Positions 28,282-37,684 of a DNA stretch of 64,000 bases are shown piece by piece. The notes under the pieces were generated by a model, which worked only from the letters and a program-made list of their open reading frames with translations, ran no database searches and was not told the DNA's origin. Positions within the stretch are counted from its first letter, which is position 1. The number at the start of each line of letters is the position of its first letter. A program made the position numbers and the translations under genes. Origin of the DNA: Bdellovibrionales bacterium (GTDB lineage: Bacteria > Bdellovibrionota > Bdellovibrionia > Bdellovibrionales > JAGQZY01); the NCBI GenBank assembly GCA_964230645.1, contig CAXRHT010000002.1, positions 864,395-928,394 of the forward strand. The letters are read 5' to 3'.

Positions 28282-29335
28282 GGGAGACGAACCTTCCTTT
28301 CCAATTCTTTAATTTCTTTTTACGAGTACCGATAAAGAGTTCCACCAGAGCCAACAAGAAGGCTAGAAATAGTGGAAGTTGGTACTTTTCATCAAAACTC
28401 TCCTGAGAAATAGAGTCAAACTCTGACTTTTCAAGTTTATCAAGGTCTTCTTTGAGTCGTTTCATCTGAGAGCCACCAAAAGTGACATGATAAAAACTTC
28501 CTTTACCGGCTCTAGCGATTTCTTTCATCGACTCCGCGTTCACTTTTGTGATCACTTCATTGTTATTGTTATCTTTCACGTAGCCTTTTAAGTAGCCTCT
28601 TGAATCTCTTTTAGGAATTTTCCCACCTCGCTCAGAGCCAAAAGCCATGGTAAAAACCCTCACTCCTGATTCCACCAAGGTTTTAGCGGCGGTCACAGCG
28701 CCTTCCTCATGATCTTCTCCATCGGAAATGAGAATCACCACACGAGTCATAGATTCCTTCGGCCCCACATTCTCACCGCCTCTTTTAAAAGCTTCTTTGG
28801 CTTCATTGAGGGCTTTAGCAAGCTCTGTCCCTTGTGTTTCTACACTTTGTGGCGAAAGAGTTTCTAAAAACATTTTAAGGGCGGATTTATCAGTGGTCAT
28901 GGGAGAGAGTAAAACGGCCGAACCAGCAAAAGCTAAAATCCCCACCTTATCACCCCCAAGAATATTGAGAAGATGATTGATTTCTTTTTTGGCGTGCTCA
29001 AGACGCGAGGGCTTTACATCCTCGGAGAGCATACTCTTTGAGACATCAATGGCCACCATAAGCTCCACACCACGGCTTGTGATTTGGCGCTTACCTTTAC
29101 CCATTTGCGGCCTGGCTAGAGCAATGATCATAAAAGCCAGTGCGAGGCTCACCAAAATGAACTTCAGGTTACGGCGCACATGGGAGAACTGATCCGTAAA
29201 AAAACCAAAAAGCTTCGGGCCAAAGGCTTTCTTAAGGCGTGACTCAATTCTTTTGTTATTGATCACAAAGTAAAGGGCCAAAAGACCAAGAAGGATGAAG
29301 GCAAAGAAAAAAGACTCATTAGCAAAACGAAACAT
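28274..29335 (-). CDS. batB: BatB-like vWA-domain membrane protein
   Basis: MFRFANESFFF start, two TMs, and the vWA MIDAS motif AIDVSKSM. Confidence 0.85.
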   Translation of the reverse strand: MFRFANESFFFAFILLGLLALYFVINNKRIESRLKKAFGPKLFGFFTDQFSHVRRNLKFILVSLALAFMIIALARPQMGKGKRQITSRGVELMVAIDVSKSMLSEDVKPSRLEHAKKEINHLLNILGGDKVGILAFAGSAVLLSPMTTDKSALKMFLETLSPQSVETQGTELAKALNEAKEAFKRGGENVGPKESMTRVVILISDGEDHEEGAVTAAKTLVESGVRVFTMAFGSERGGKIPKRDSRGYLKGYVKDNNNNEVITKVNAESMKEIARAGKGSFYHVTFGGSQMKRLKEDLDKLEKSEFDSISQESFDEKYQLPLFLAFLLALVELFIGTRKKKLKNWKGRFVSHG

Positions 29336-29336
29336 C

Positions 29337-30341
29337 TTAGAGCCCCCTTCTTAAAACTGTGAGTTGTAAAACAACACCAATGGCATAGAGGAGCACCCCT
29401 AGGAATAAATACTTTTGAAAAAGTTCCGTGTAGCGTGTGAAGCGATTCTCCTCGATTTTACTTTTCTCAAGATCGTTAATATCAGAGAAAACCTTTTCTA
29501 GATTATTGGTATTGTTGGCGCGGTAGTACCGCCCGCCGGTCTCATCAGCCAGTTGTTTTAGTAGCGGCTCATTCACTTTTGAATGAATGGGCTGGTAACG
29601 CTTTACTTTGCGTCCAAACATATCTGTTGAGTATATCGGGAGCTGTGCTTGTCCGTCTCGGCCCACACCGATGGTGTAAATACGAACACCGTATCCTTTA
29701 GCAATCTTCAAAGCCATTTGTGGGTCAATGAGGCCTGTGTTGTTTTCCCCGTCTGTCAATAAAATCACGATCCGTGACTCCGCCGTCGACTCTTTAAGTC
29801 TTGAGACGGCATTGCCCAGTGCCACCCCGATGGCTGTACCCATTTTAATATTGGTTGAAGTTTCAACCTCTTTTAAGTTTTGTTGGAGAAGCTGATAATC
29901 AAGAGTTAAGGGAACACGAGTGTAAGACTCTCCAGAAAAGACGACCATACCTATGCGGTCTGAGACACGTTTAGAAATAAAGTCACCAATGGTTTTTTTC
30001 GCTGACTCCAAGCGGTTTTCAGGTTTCATGTCTTCAATCAGCATAGAGTGTGAGATATCAAGGGCCACCATAATATCGATTCCCTCAACATTGCGGTTGA
30101 CCTTCTCGTCAGTCTCCTGAGGTCTTGCTAGAGCAATAACAACGAAAATGAGACCCAGATATTTTAAAAAATCAGGGAGGTACTTTAAGCGAGCTCTGAT
30201 ACCCGGACGAATTTTCTTTGCAATCGGTACAGTACTTAGTGGCAAAGCCCCGTAACGAGACTTTCTTCGATAAAATTGAATCAGGGCTGCGACCAGCAAC
30301 AGAAGTAAAAGAATAAATGCCCAACTCGAATGCCATACCAT
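29337..30341 (-). CDS. batA: BatA-like vWA-domain membrane protein
   Basis: vWA MIDAS motif ALDISHSM. C-terminal TM. ATG 30341 shares one nt with the upstream TAA (TAATG). The track start 30365 is the alternative. Confidence 0.85.
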   Translation of the reverse strand: MVWHSSWAFILLLLLLVAALIQFYRRKSRYGALPLSTVPIAKKIRPGIRARLKYLPDFLKYLGLIFVVIALARPQETDEKVNRNVEGIDIMVALDISHSMLIEDMKPENRLESAKKTIGDFISKRVSDRIGMVVFSGESYTRVPLTLDYQLLQQNLKEVETSTNIKMGTAIGVALGNAVSRLKESTAESRIVILLTDGENNTGLIDPQMALKIAKGYGVRIYTIGVGRDGQAQLPIYSTDMFGRKVKRYQPIHSKVNEPLLKQLADETGGRYYRANNTNNLEKVFSDINDLEKSKIEENRFTRYTELFQKYLFLGVLLYAIGVVLQLTVLRRGL

Positions 30342-31309
30342 TACGTGTTCTTCCTCACTTTCCAAATATCTTGAGAAACTTTCTTAGCCATTTGGGTCAG
30401 CTGCTTACAATCATGAACTTGGATTTTATCGGAATCTTTCCTGGCTCGATCGAGCTCACTTAAAAACTTTTTAAGACCTCCACCGTAAGCCGGGAATTTC
30501 TTTTTATCTTCCTTGCTCAACGAACGGACGACAAGAGAAGAGTTCCAATCAAGAGCCGGAATATAAAACTCTCTTAACAGGTACATTCTGAAAATTTCAT
30601 CCAATCTCTCAACATAGTTGAGTTTTTTATGCTCGGACCAAGATTCGTCACTAAAAATATACTGTCGACTGAGAGTTCTTAGGTCTTTATTGAACTGATT
30701 AAAAGGCCCAAGGGCCGTGTTGTGCTGTTTTAACTCATCAATCACTTTCTTCATTTGCGCACGACGGTTCAATCGCAAGAGAGTGAAAATCAGGGTTACG
30801 ATCACAAAGGCAGCCAACACTAACCAAATCCAAAAAGGATACTGCAACTTCATTGCGAAAAAGGGCCCATAGGGTTTTTGGCCCTTTTGTTTGATCACAC
30901 TCTTAACCGGAAGCTTAAAGGGCTCGACTCGAACCACTTCCACATTTTGATCAGTGAGGAAAAGTTTGTTGAATTCGTGAGGCTGAGGAACGTAGGTCGT
31001 GGCTTGCGCCTCAAACGAGGTGGCCGTTTGTTTTTTAACATCAAGAATTTTTAGATGATACTCCGTCTTGCCTTTTTCTTTTGTTCCAATCTCTTTGGAA
31101 TAAAATTCGGCCTTGGGTCCGTTACAGATAAGATAAAAAACTTCTCCAACTGTCCACTGCTCATCTTGCGGAGTTCCTTCCACACGACAGTTCCACTTCG
31201 GAAGATCATTAATGTCTTGAGGACGATAAACCTCAACACTCTCTTCATTTTGAGAGTTTGCCTCTTGGTTTTCAGGAGTCTGCTTTTGGGTTGATTCTTG
31301 AGCCATCAA
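30341..31309 (-). CDS. Bat-operon membrane protein (DUF4381-like position)
   Basis: One central TM (FWIWLVLAAFVIVTLIFTLL) followed by RLNRR. Sits between DUF58 and batA, as in other Bat operons (from memory). Confidence 0.55.
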   Translation of the reverse strand: MMAQESTQKQTPENQEANSQNEESVEVYRPQDINDLPKWNCRVEGTPQDEQWTVGEVFYLICNGPKAEFYSKEIGTKEKGKTEYHLKILDVKKQTATSFEAQATTYVPQPHEFNKLFLTDQNVEVVRVEPFKLPVKSVIKQKGQKPYGPFFAMKLQYPFWIWLVLAAFVIVTLIFTLLRLNRRAQMKKVIDELKQHNTALGPFNQFNKDLRTLSRQYIFSDESWSEHKKLNYVERLDEIFRMYLLREFYIPALDWNSSLVVRSLSKEDKKKFPAYGGGLKKFLSELDRARKDSDKIQVHDCKQLTQMAKKVSQDIWKVRKNT

Positions 31310-32184
31310 CCCTTCCTCTTTTTAAAGTAGTTGGCAAGAGGCTGAATAAAATCCTCACCATTGATGACTTCAATAAGATCCACCCGTGACTTTCGAAGCT
31401 CGGAACTCACATGCTCGTAATAATCTTGAAAACCTTTGGTGTAGTATTTTTTAAAAAGTGGAGAAGAAGTATCAAGTGTTATAAGGTCTCCCGTCTCGGG
31501 ATCGACAAAATCCACCATGCCGATGGCGGGAATGCGCTCTTCCACAGGATCAGAAATTTGCACAGCGATTGTTTCATGACGCCTGTTCAACCGTTTTAAA
31601 GCTGTGGCAAAAGGCTCTGGGTCCATAAAGTCGCTAAAAAGAAAAACGGTTCCTCGTTTTTTCAAAACACCGGAGAGGTACTCAACGACCGAGGAAATAT
31701 TGGTGCGCTTGCTTTTAGGCTCATGGTAGTAAAGGTCGCGAAGAATTCTTTGAATGTGTCCACGTCCCTTTTTGGGAGGCACAAAATGCTCCACTTGATC
31801 AGAAAAAAGTAAGAGACCTACATTGTCACTGTTTTTTGAAGCACTAAAACCAAGAAGAGCGGAAAGATGGGTTAACACTTCACCTTTAAAGTAATCTTCA
31901 GAACCAAAGTGAACCGAGCCACTCACATCCACTGCAAGAATAAGAGTAAGCTCACGCTCCTCCTCATACTTCTTGATATATGTGTTCCCCGTGCGCGCTG
32001 TTAAATTCCACGAAATGGATCGAACATCATCACCGGGCACATACTCTCTGAAATCAGAAAAAGTCATACCCTGACCTTTAAAAGCCGAGTGGTAAGCTCC
32101 AGCGAATGTGGAGTTCACCAGCTTTTTCGTACTGATCTCAAGCAGTTTAATTTTTTTTAGAACCTCAGCTGGTATGGACAACAA
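31306..32184 (-). CDS. DUF58-domain protein (vWA-like, MoxR partner)
   Basis: FREYVPGDDVRSISWNLTAR motif typical of DUF58. 4-nt overlap with the next gene. Confidence 0.85.
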   Translation of the reverse strand: MLSIPAEVLKKIKLLEISTKKLVNSTFAGAYHSAFKGQGMTFSDFREYVPGDDVRSISWNLTARTGNTYIKKYEEERELTLILAVDVSGSVHFGSEDYFKGEVLTHLSALLGFSASKNSDNVGLLLFSDQVEHFVPPKKGRGHIQRILRDLYYHEPKSKRTNISSVVEYLSGVLKKRGTVFLFSDFMDPEPFATALKRLNRRHETIAVQISDPVEERIPAIGMVDFVDPETGDLITLDTSSPLFKKYYTKGFQDYYEHVSSELRKSRVDLIEVINGEDFIQPLANYFKKRKG

Positions 32185-32199
32185 TCACTCCATTTGTTT

Positions 32200-33189
32200 T
32201 TAAGGCACTTCAATTTCATTGAGCATGTCTTTAATGACCATATCACTGACCACTTCTTCGGCTTCCGCTTCAAAAGTAAGAATAAGACGGTGGCGTAAAA
32301 CATTATAAGCCACAGCCTTTACATCTTCAGCAGTCACATAACCGCGCCCACGAATAAAGGCGTGAGCTTTTGACGCTCTCATCAGACTGATCGTTGCACG
32401 AGGAGAGCCTCCCACTTGGATCATATTGTCCAACTGCCCCAAGCCATATTCACTGGGGTTTCGGGTGGCCATTACTAAATCAACGATATAAGTTTTGATA
32501 TTTTCATCCACATAGATTTTATCTGTCATCTCACGAGCACGTAGAAGATTCTCTTTACTGATCACCGCTTTGACCTCAGGGGTGTTGTCTGTCGCCATAC
32601 GGTTCATGATCTCAAGCTCTTCTCCCTTAGAGGGGTACTCCACAAGAACCTTAAACATAAAACGATCCATCTGAGCTTCTGGCAATGGATAAGTCCCTTC
32701 TTGCTCAAGCGGGTTTTGAGTGGCGAGAACCAAAAATGGTTTTTCCAAACGATAAGAAGTGTCTCCAATGGTCACTTGTTTTTCTGCCATGGACTCAAGC
32801 AAGGCACTCTGCACTTTTGCGGGCGCTCGGTTGATCTCATCGGCCAAAAGAATATTTGTAAATATGGGTCCTTTTTTTGGGGAGAACTCACCCGACTTAG
32901 GATTAAAGATCATGGTTCCGATCAAATCCGATGGCAAAAGGTCTGGCGTGAACTGCACTCTTTGAAAATGCAAAGAGATCGCTTGCGACACCGACGAGAT
33001 GGTTAAAGTTTTTGCCAGTCCCGGAACTCCTTCAAGAAGAACATGGCCACCAGTGAGAAGGCCCATGACGATGGCTTCCACCATCTCCTTTTGTCCCACA
33101 ACCACTTGGCTCACTTCTTGGAGCATTTGCTCAACGAACGCGCTTTCTTTTTTTACTGCGGCATTGAGCGCCATTACATCAACATCCAC
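32200..33189 (-). CDS. moxR: MoxR-family AAA+ ATPase
   Basis: Walker A GVPGLAKT, Walker B LLADEINRA, and FLVLATQNPLEQEGTYPLPEAQMDRF. Confidence 0.95.
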   Translation of the reverse strand: MDVDVMALNAAVKKESAFVEQMLQEVSQVVVGQKEMVEAIVMGLLTGGHVLLEGVPGLAKTLTISSVSQAISLHFQRVQFTPDLLPSDLIGTMIFNPKSGEFSPKKGPIFTNILLADEINRAPAKVQSALLESMAEKQVTIGDTSYRLEKPFLVLATQNPLEQEGTYPLPEAQMDRFMFKVLVEYPSKGEELEIMNRMATDNTPEVKAVISKENLLRAREMTDKIYVDENIKTYIVDLVMATRNPSEYGLGQLDNMIQVGGSPRATISLMRASKAHAFIRGRGYVTAEDVKAVAYNVLRHRLILTFEAEAEEVVSDMVIKDMLNEIEVP

Positions 33190-33347
33190 GTGCTACCCCC
33201 TATATTATAGACAGACCCTATTATTGTTGTAACGGAAGGGCTCTTAATCAATCATTTTAAGCCTTTGTGCCCCGCAAAAGTCTCTGATTTGCAGGATTGA
33301 CAGCCCCATTCGCGCCCCCTACCTTCTTTAGTCTGTTAGAGTAAACT

Positions 33348-33614
33348 TTGACTAAGGAGACCCCCTTGGAACAACAGCTTGAAGCCTCACTATCCACACT
33401 ATTTCTTTCCGTTGCCTCATCAGCCGCCATGAGCCTAGGTATGGCGCCCGATCCTGCCACTGGAGAAACAAAAGTGGATAAAAAAATGGCAAAATTTAAT
33501 ATTGATTTATTAGAAGTCCTCAAAGAAAAAACTCAGAACAATCGCACTGAGGAAGAGGATAAGCTGATCAGCCAGTTGATTTCTGACTTAAAAATGAAAT
33601 ATGTGAGTGCATGA
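33348..33614 (+). CDS. DUF1844-domain protein
   Basis: FLSVASSAAMSLGMAPDPATGETKVDKKMAKFNIDLLEVLKEKTQNN matches the DUF1844 pattern (from memory). ATGA overlap with htrA. Confidence 0.7.
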   Translation: MTKETPLEQQLEASLSTLFLSVASSAAMSLGMAPDPATGETKVDKKMAKFNIDLLEVLKEKTQNNRTEEEDKLISQLISDLKMKYVSA

Positions 33615-35086
33615 AAAAACGAATACTTCTGCTTTGCTTACTTTTCATTCAATCAACCGCCCTTAGTAAAGGGCCTATGGATGAGGCTAAGCTCAGCGCT
33701 CCCCTCCCCGCAAATCTATGGATAGAAATGTCCAAAATGGCGCAACCCGCTGTGGTGGGCGTTTTTTTGGATATTGATATCAAGCGCACTCATATGAGGC
33801 GTGATCCGCTTTTTGAATTCTTAGAAGAGTTTTACGGCGGAAGCTTAGAGTTTGAAGACCCAAGAGAGCAACAGGAAGAAGAAGAGTCCTCTCCCATTGG
33901 CACTGGCTTTATTATTGATGATAAAGGACACGTAGTCTCAAACTATCATGTGGTGGAAGCCGTTGATGACAAACGTATCAACGCGACCCTACAAGTGCAG
34001 ATCCAAGGGTATAACAAACTCTTTGATGTCGAAGTCATTGGACGAGACCCCAGAGGAGACCTCGCCCTTTTAAAAGTTAAAAAACCACCCAAAAATTTAA
34101 AACATCTTAAATTTGGCAACAGTGACGAGTTGCAGGTGGGTGAGTATGTGGCAGCCTTTGGAAACCCTTTCGGGCATAGCAATTCAATGACTGTTGGAAT
34201 TGTCTCAGCAAAAGGTCGCAGCCTGAAAGAGCTCAACCGCTTTCCCTTTATTCAAACCGACGCTAGTATTAATCCCGGAAATTCCGGTGGCCCCCTCCTA
34301 AACACCGAAGGCTATGTCATAGGGGTGAACACCGCCATTGACGCCAGAGCTCAGGGTATTGGTTTTGCGATCCCCTCAAACTACGCCAAAAAAATTATTA
34401 GAACTCTTAAGAGTGGTGAAACGATTAAGCGCGGCTTCTTAGGAGTGGAACTCGGGCAACTTAACCCGAGAGCCGCTAGGCAGTTTGGCCTCAGCCGAGG
34501 AGGGATTGTTGTGGGAGGTGTCGAGCCTGGATATCCCGCCGCTCAAGCGGGGCTTCAAAAAAACGATATTATCTATGAGTTCAATGGCGCAAAAGTCGAC
34601 GAAGTGGGAAGCTTTATAAATTTAGTTAAAGACACTGAGCCTGGAACCACAGTTCCCATAAAGGTTTTGCGCCCCACCGCTTCAAGTTTTCGAGAGATGA
34701 CTTTTAAGGTGACCCTTGCAAGCTTCCCCGGACAGACTCGAATTCCTAAGCTTGAAAGACAAAGCAGTAAAGCTCCTAAACCTAAAAAATACATTGGCCA
34801 ACAAGTGCCTCATGATCTTGGTTTTGCTGTGACCAATAGTTCAAGTGGTGCCAGAAGGCATTTTGATATTCCCATCCGCTTTCCTTTTGGACCCATCGTC
34901 TCTGAGGTTATCCCAGGCAGCCCCGCCGATCGCGGCGGAATTCGCGTGGGCATGGTCGTACTGCGCGTGAATGGAAAGGGCATGAATAAGAATTCCGAGG
35001 TCGTAAAGGCCATAAAAAACGGAATCAACCGCATCTGGGTGCATACTGAGCGCGGAGAAAAGAAGATCTCTCTAAAGCCTGAGTGA
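33611..35086 (+). CDS. HtrA/DegP-family serine protease with two PDZ domains
   Basis: Catalytic triad contexts VVSNYHVV, DLALLKV, GNSGGPLLN. PDZ-like GFLGVEL and IPGSPADRGGIRVGMVVL. Confidence 0.9.
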   Translation: MKKRILLLCLLFIQSTALSKGPMDEAKLSAPLPANLWIEMSKMAQPAVVGVFLDIDIKRTHMRRDPLFEFLEEFYGGSLEFEDPREQQEEEESSPIGTGFIIDDKGHVVSNYHVVEAVDDKRINATLQVQIQGYNKLFDVEVIGRDPRGDLALLKVKKPPKNLKHLKFGNSDELQVGEYVAAFGNPFGHSNSMTVGIVSAKGRSLKELNRFPFIQTDASINPGNSGGPLLNTEGYVIGVNTAIDARAQGIGFAIPSNYAKKIIRTLKSGETIKRGFLGVELGQLNPRAARQFGLSRGGIVVGGVEPGYPAAQAGLQKNDIIYEFNGAKVDEVGSFINLVKDTEPGTTVPIKVLRPTASSFREMTFKVTLASFPGQTRIPKLERQSSKAPKPKKYIGQQVPHDLGFAVTNSSSGARRHFDIPIRFPFGPIVSEVIPGSPADRGGIRVGMVVLRVNGKGMNKNSEVVKAIKNGINRIWVHTERGEKKISLKPE

Positions 35087-35294
35087 TCAAGCCTGAAACA
35101 ATCTGTTCCTTTTTAGCCACAAGACGCCTCATAAACCGAACCCACTGATATCTGAGGTTTAGAGCTCTAACCCACTTTTTTTCGCTCAAAGTGTATTAAG
35201 TTGAGACTGACTATCACTTTAGTCTAGGTTTAGCGATATACTGGGAGGACGATTACTAGTCTTTCGAGATTTGAACGACACCAAGGAGCTCACC

Positions 35295-35600
35295 ATGAAT
35301 ATGGAATTAACGGAAATAAAAGTATTTCCCGTCAATGAGGAGAGGCTTAAAGCCTACGTAACAATCACCCTAAATGACTGTTTCGTTATCCGGGACCTAA
35401 AAATCATCCAAGGTCACAGTGGTCTATTTGTGGCCATGCCCAGCAAAAAAAGAAAGGACGGACAATTCCGTGACATCGCCCACCCTCTCAACCAGGACAC
35501 TAGAGAAGAGGTGGAAAAGTTGATTTTCAAAGCCTATGAGGATGAACTCAAAGGAATTGGGAACTCCTTGGGCGAAGTGTCTAAGAAACTTAATTCATAA
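35295..35600 (+). CDS. spoVG: Septation protein SpoVG
   Basis: MELTEIKVFPVNEERLKAYVTITLNDCFVIRDLKIIQG..GLFVAMPSKK. AAGGAG lies 6 nt upstream of ATG 35295. The track TTG at 35271 is unlikely. Confidence 0.9.
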   Translation: MNMELTEIKVFPVNEERLKAYVTITLNDCFVIRDLKIIQGHSGLFVAMPSKKRKDGQFRDIAHPLNQDTREEVEKLIFKAYEDELKGIGNSLGEVSKKLNS

Positions 35601-35662
35601 ATTTACAAAACCAAGATTTTTGATTAGAAATTATGCAATTCGGGGCCCCTGCTCCGGCTTTG

Positions 35663-35696
35663 GCGGACTCTGAACTTTCAGAGACCGCTTTTTTTT
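35663..35696 (+). terminator. Intrinsic terminator after spoVG
   Basis: GCGGACTCTGA-actt-TCAGAGACCGC followed by T8. Confidence 0.65.
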
Positions 35697-35745
35697 GCTT
35701 GAAAATCCCCGCACTTATCGTTAACTTGATTCCTCATTTTTCGAT

Positions 35746-35821
35746 TGGGGTATCGCCAAGTTGGTAAGGCACTAGATTTTGATTCTAGTATTCGCAGGTT
35801 CGAGTCCTGCTACCCCATCCA
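35746..35821 (+). tRNA. tRNA-Gln (anticodon UUG), CCA encoded
   Basis: TGGGGTATCGCCAAGTTGGTAAGGCA... is near-identical at its 5' end to E. coli tRNA-Gln. Cloverleaf: acceptor TGGGGTA/TACCCCA, anticodon stem CTAGA/TCTAG with loop TTTTGAT, T-arm GCAGG-TTCGAGT-CCTGC. Confidence 0.9.
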
Positions 35822-35839
35822 CTTCCCTCTTTTTTTATT

Positions 35840-35876
35840 GTCATCCTGAGCGAAGCGAAGGATCTATACCGGAACT
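35840..35876 (+). repeat. GTCATCCTGAGCGAAGCGAAGG-type repeat, copy 1
   Basis: GTCATCCTGAGCGAAGCGAAGGATCTATACCGGAACT is about 85-90 percent identical to 37650-37684 and related to the units at 61651-61811. Confidence 0.7.
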
Positions 35877-36006
35877 CGTCGCTTGTAATGTTGGCCGGAT
35901 GCTTCGGCGGGATACCAAACTTCTGAACTCCGATCTCAGATCTCCGATAGAAATCATTCCATTGGCTTGGCGTTGATTTCTCTTGGTTAAATGAATAAAA
36001 AGAGCC

Positions 36007-36405
36007 ATGCACTATTATTCAGAGTTCTCACAGAGTATCCAGGATTTTAGAAATTTAACCTTTTATTTATTCTTGATCCTACCTGTGATCTTACTGGCCT
36101 TATTTCACGCGGGTAAGCTAAAAAAATATCAAGTTGTGCTTGGACAAGCCATCGTTGGCTACCTTCTGGTGCTTGCACGGTGGGCTCTTCGACTTTACGC
36201 CGATCAACACGATCTTAATTATGTGAAAATAAACCAAATACAAATTTCCGCAGAATACAGGAGAATTATCACCACCGACGGGGCTTACAATGTTTTCTCC
36301 GTATTTTTAGGTTGGGCTCAAGCTATTATTTATTTTTTACCATTTGCGTTTGTTTATTGGCTTTTCGGTCAGATGGGTCGGAAGATCAAACAAGTCCTTT
36401 TGTGA
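36007..36405 (+). CDS. Hypothetical membrane protein
   Basis: Track ORF with three or four hydrophobic segments. No family recognised. Confidence 0.45.
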   Translation: MHYYSEFSQSIQDFRNLTFYLFLILPVILLALFHAGKLKKYQVVLGQAIVGYLLVLARWALRLYADQHDLNYVKINQIQISAEYRRIITTDGAYNVFSVFLGWAQAIIYFLPFAFVYWLFGQMGRKIKQVLL

Positions 36406-36458
36406 GGTATTCGTAAATATAAGCGACGTTTATTTTAGATTTAGTGGAGGCAACATTA

Positions 36459-37031
36459 TTACACGACCTCAACCGTCGTCGCATTAGGAGGGAGCTTTGG
36501 ATCTGGAGCGATATTATCGGTCTTAAAAATTTTTAGAAAAGTCCACTCCCCGCCATCACCGTCTGGGTTAAACTCTAAACAAGTCTCTATTTCAACAAAT
36601 CCTTTATTTAGTATTTCGATCTTACTCAAAGTTGGAACATCTAAGTTTTCAGTATCAGAATAAAAACCGATCTTTTTCTCTCTCCCTGCACTCATTAAAA
36701 TTTCTTTTTCGCTTTTAGCTACAATGTATAGCCTGACAGATCCATAAGCACCTACGGCTTCCATGGCCGACAGTAATAGAATATCCTTAGTGATTTTGTA
36801 AAATTGATTGCGGTTTCCTAAAACAAAGAAAGAGCGTCTACCCTGAGATATCAGTGTAATTCCGTCCGGAAGGTTTTTCTGTGGAAATGCACCATGTGAA
36901 TGAATGAAACAGACATAATCGGGCAAAACTGTTTTCAAATACTGATCGAATTCCGTTATCCACTTGTCGAGGGCTTCGGACTCAATATTCTCAATTGATA
37001 TTTTCTGCACTTTTATTTTTGTCGTTTCCAT
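36459..37031 (-). CDS. Hypothetical protein
   Basis: Track ORF of 190 aa with no recognisable motif. Confidence 0.45.
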   Translation of the reverse strand: METTKIKVQKISIENIESEALDKWITEFDQYLKTVLPDYVCFIHSHGAFPQKNLPDGITLISQGRRSFFVLGNRNQFYKITKDILLLSAMEAVGAYGSVRLYIVAKSEKEILMSAGREKKIGFYSDTENLDVPTLSKIEILNKGFVEIETCLEFNPDGDGGEWTFLKIFKTDNIAPDPKLPPNATTVEVV

Positions 37032-37053
37032 ATTTCGCTCTGTTTACTGTGAG

Positions 37054-37326
37054 CTACTTTAAATGCCTCAGGTTATCCTTCTTGCCCTTTCTATAAGTGC
37101 CGTAAGCCATTACCAGACAAAGAACTGAGGCCAGAGAGGCTCTAATTAAATAAAGATCAAAAGTCGATTCAAAGTAGTTTGAAAATTCCCCGAATTCCTC
37201 TTGATGATTCGAGAATAGATAATAGGAAGCAGAGTGGGTGGCTAGCAATATAAGGTTGAGAAAAAATGCTAAAAACAAGCCCCCTCTTAGACATTTTTTT
37301 AATTCATCTCGGTCTGAATAGTACAC
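37054..37326 (-). CDS. Hypothetical small membrane protein
   Basis: Track ORF (GTG start) with two hydrophobic segments. Confidence 0.4.
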   Translation of the reverse strand: MYYSDRDELKKCLRGGLFLAFFLNLILLATHSASYYLFSNHQEEFGEFSNYFESTFDLYLIRASLASVLCLVMAYGTYRKGKKDNLRHLK

Positions 37327-37649
37327 GTTTAATCCTTGCCTAAATCTTCATCGGCCTCAGGGTAGATTTTTTCAACCTCATCAAAGCCTTTTGGTTAAAA
37401 ATTTTGTTTTCAGCGATCCTTCCCAAGCCTCGCTTAATCTATAACATTCCTTTACCGGAAAATGTTTGAAAAGTTCTCGTTCCAAGGTAACAGAGAGTGT
37501 CATCGTCGATAAGTAGCACGAGGACTGCAAGTCCAGTCCCTTAACGATACCTGAACCCAGGTATAACTGTTTCCTCTCTATCCCGGAGCATCGTAAATGA
37601 AAAATTCAGAACTCGGAACTCAGATCCCAGACCCCCTATCTTTTAAAAA

Positions 37650-37684
37650 GTCATCCTAAGCGAAGCGAAGGTCCTATTGGAACT
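37650..37684 (+). repeat. GTCATCCTGAGCGAAGCGAAGG-type repeat, copy 2
   Basis: GTCATCCTAAGCGAAGCGAAGGTCCTATTGGAACT, in the same orientation as copy 1. Confidence 0.7.

Noticed and set aside
33257-33523. 88-aa minus-strand ORF
   Set aside because: It is antisense to the DUF1844 gene, which is translationally coupled to htrA and matches a known family pattern.
35779-36012. Track ORFs 35779-35976 (+) and 35785-36012 (-) next to tRNA-Gln
   Set aside because: They start inside or just after the tRNA and are translations of the repeat element (HPERSEGS / SFASLRMT). There is no SD.
37606-37645. ECF/sigma-E-like promoter (GGAACTC ... TCTTTT) and a shared CCTATC motif upstream of several stress genes
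   Set aside because: Spacing and sequence differ between the candidate sites at 37633, 39536 and 46721. One site is part of a repeat element. There is not enough agreement to call a regulon motif by eye.
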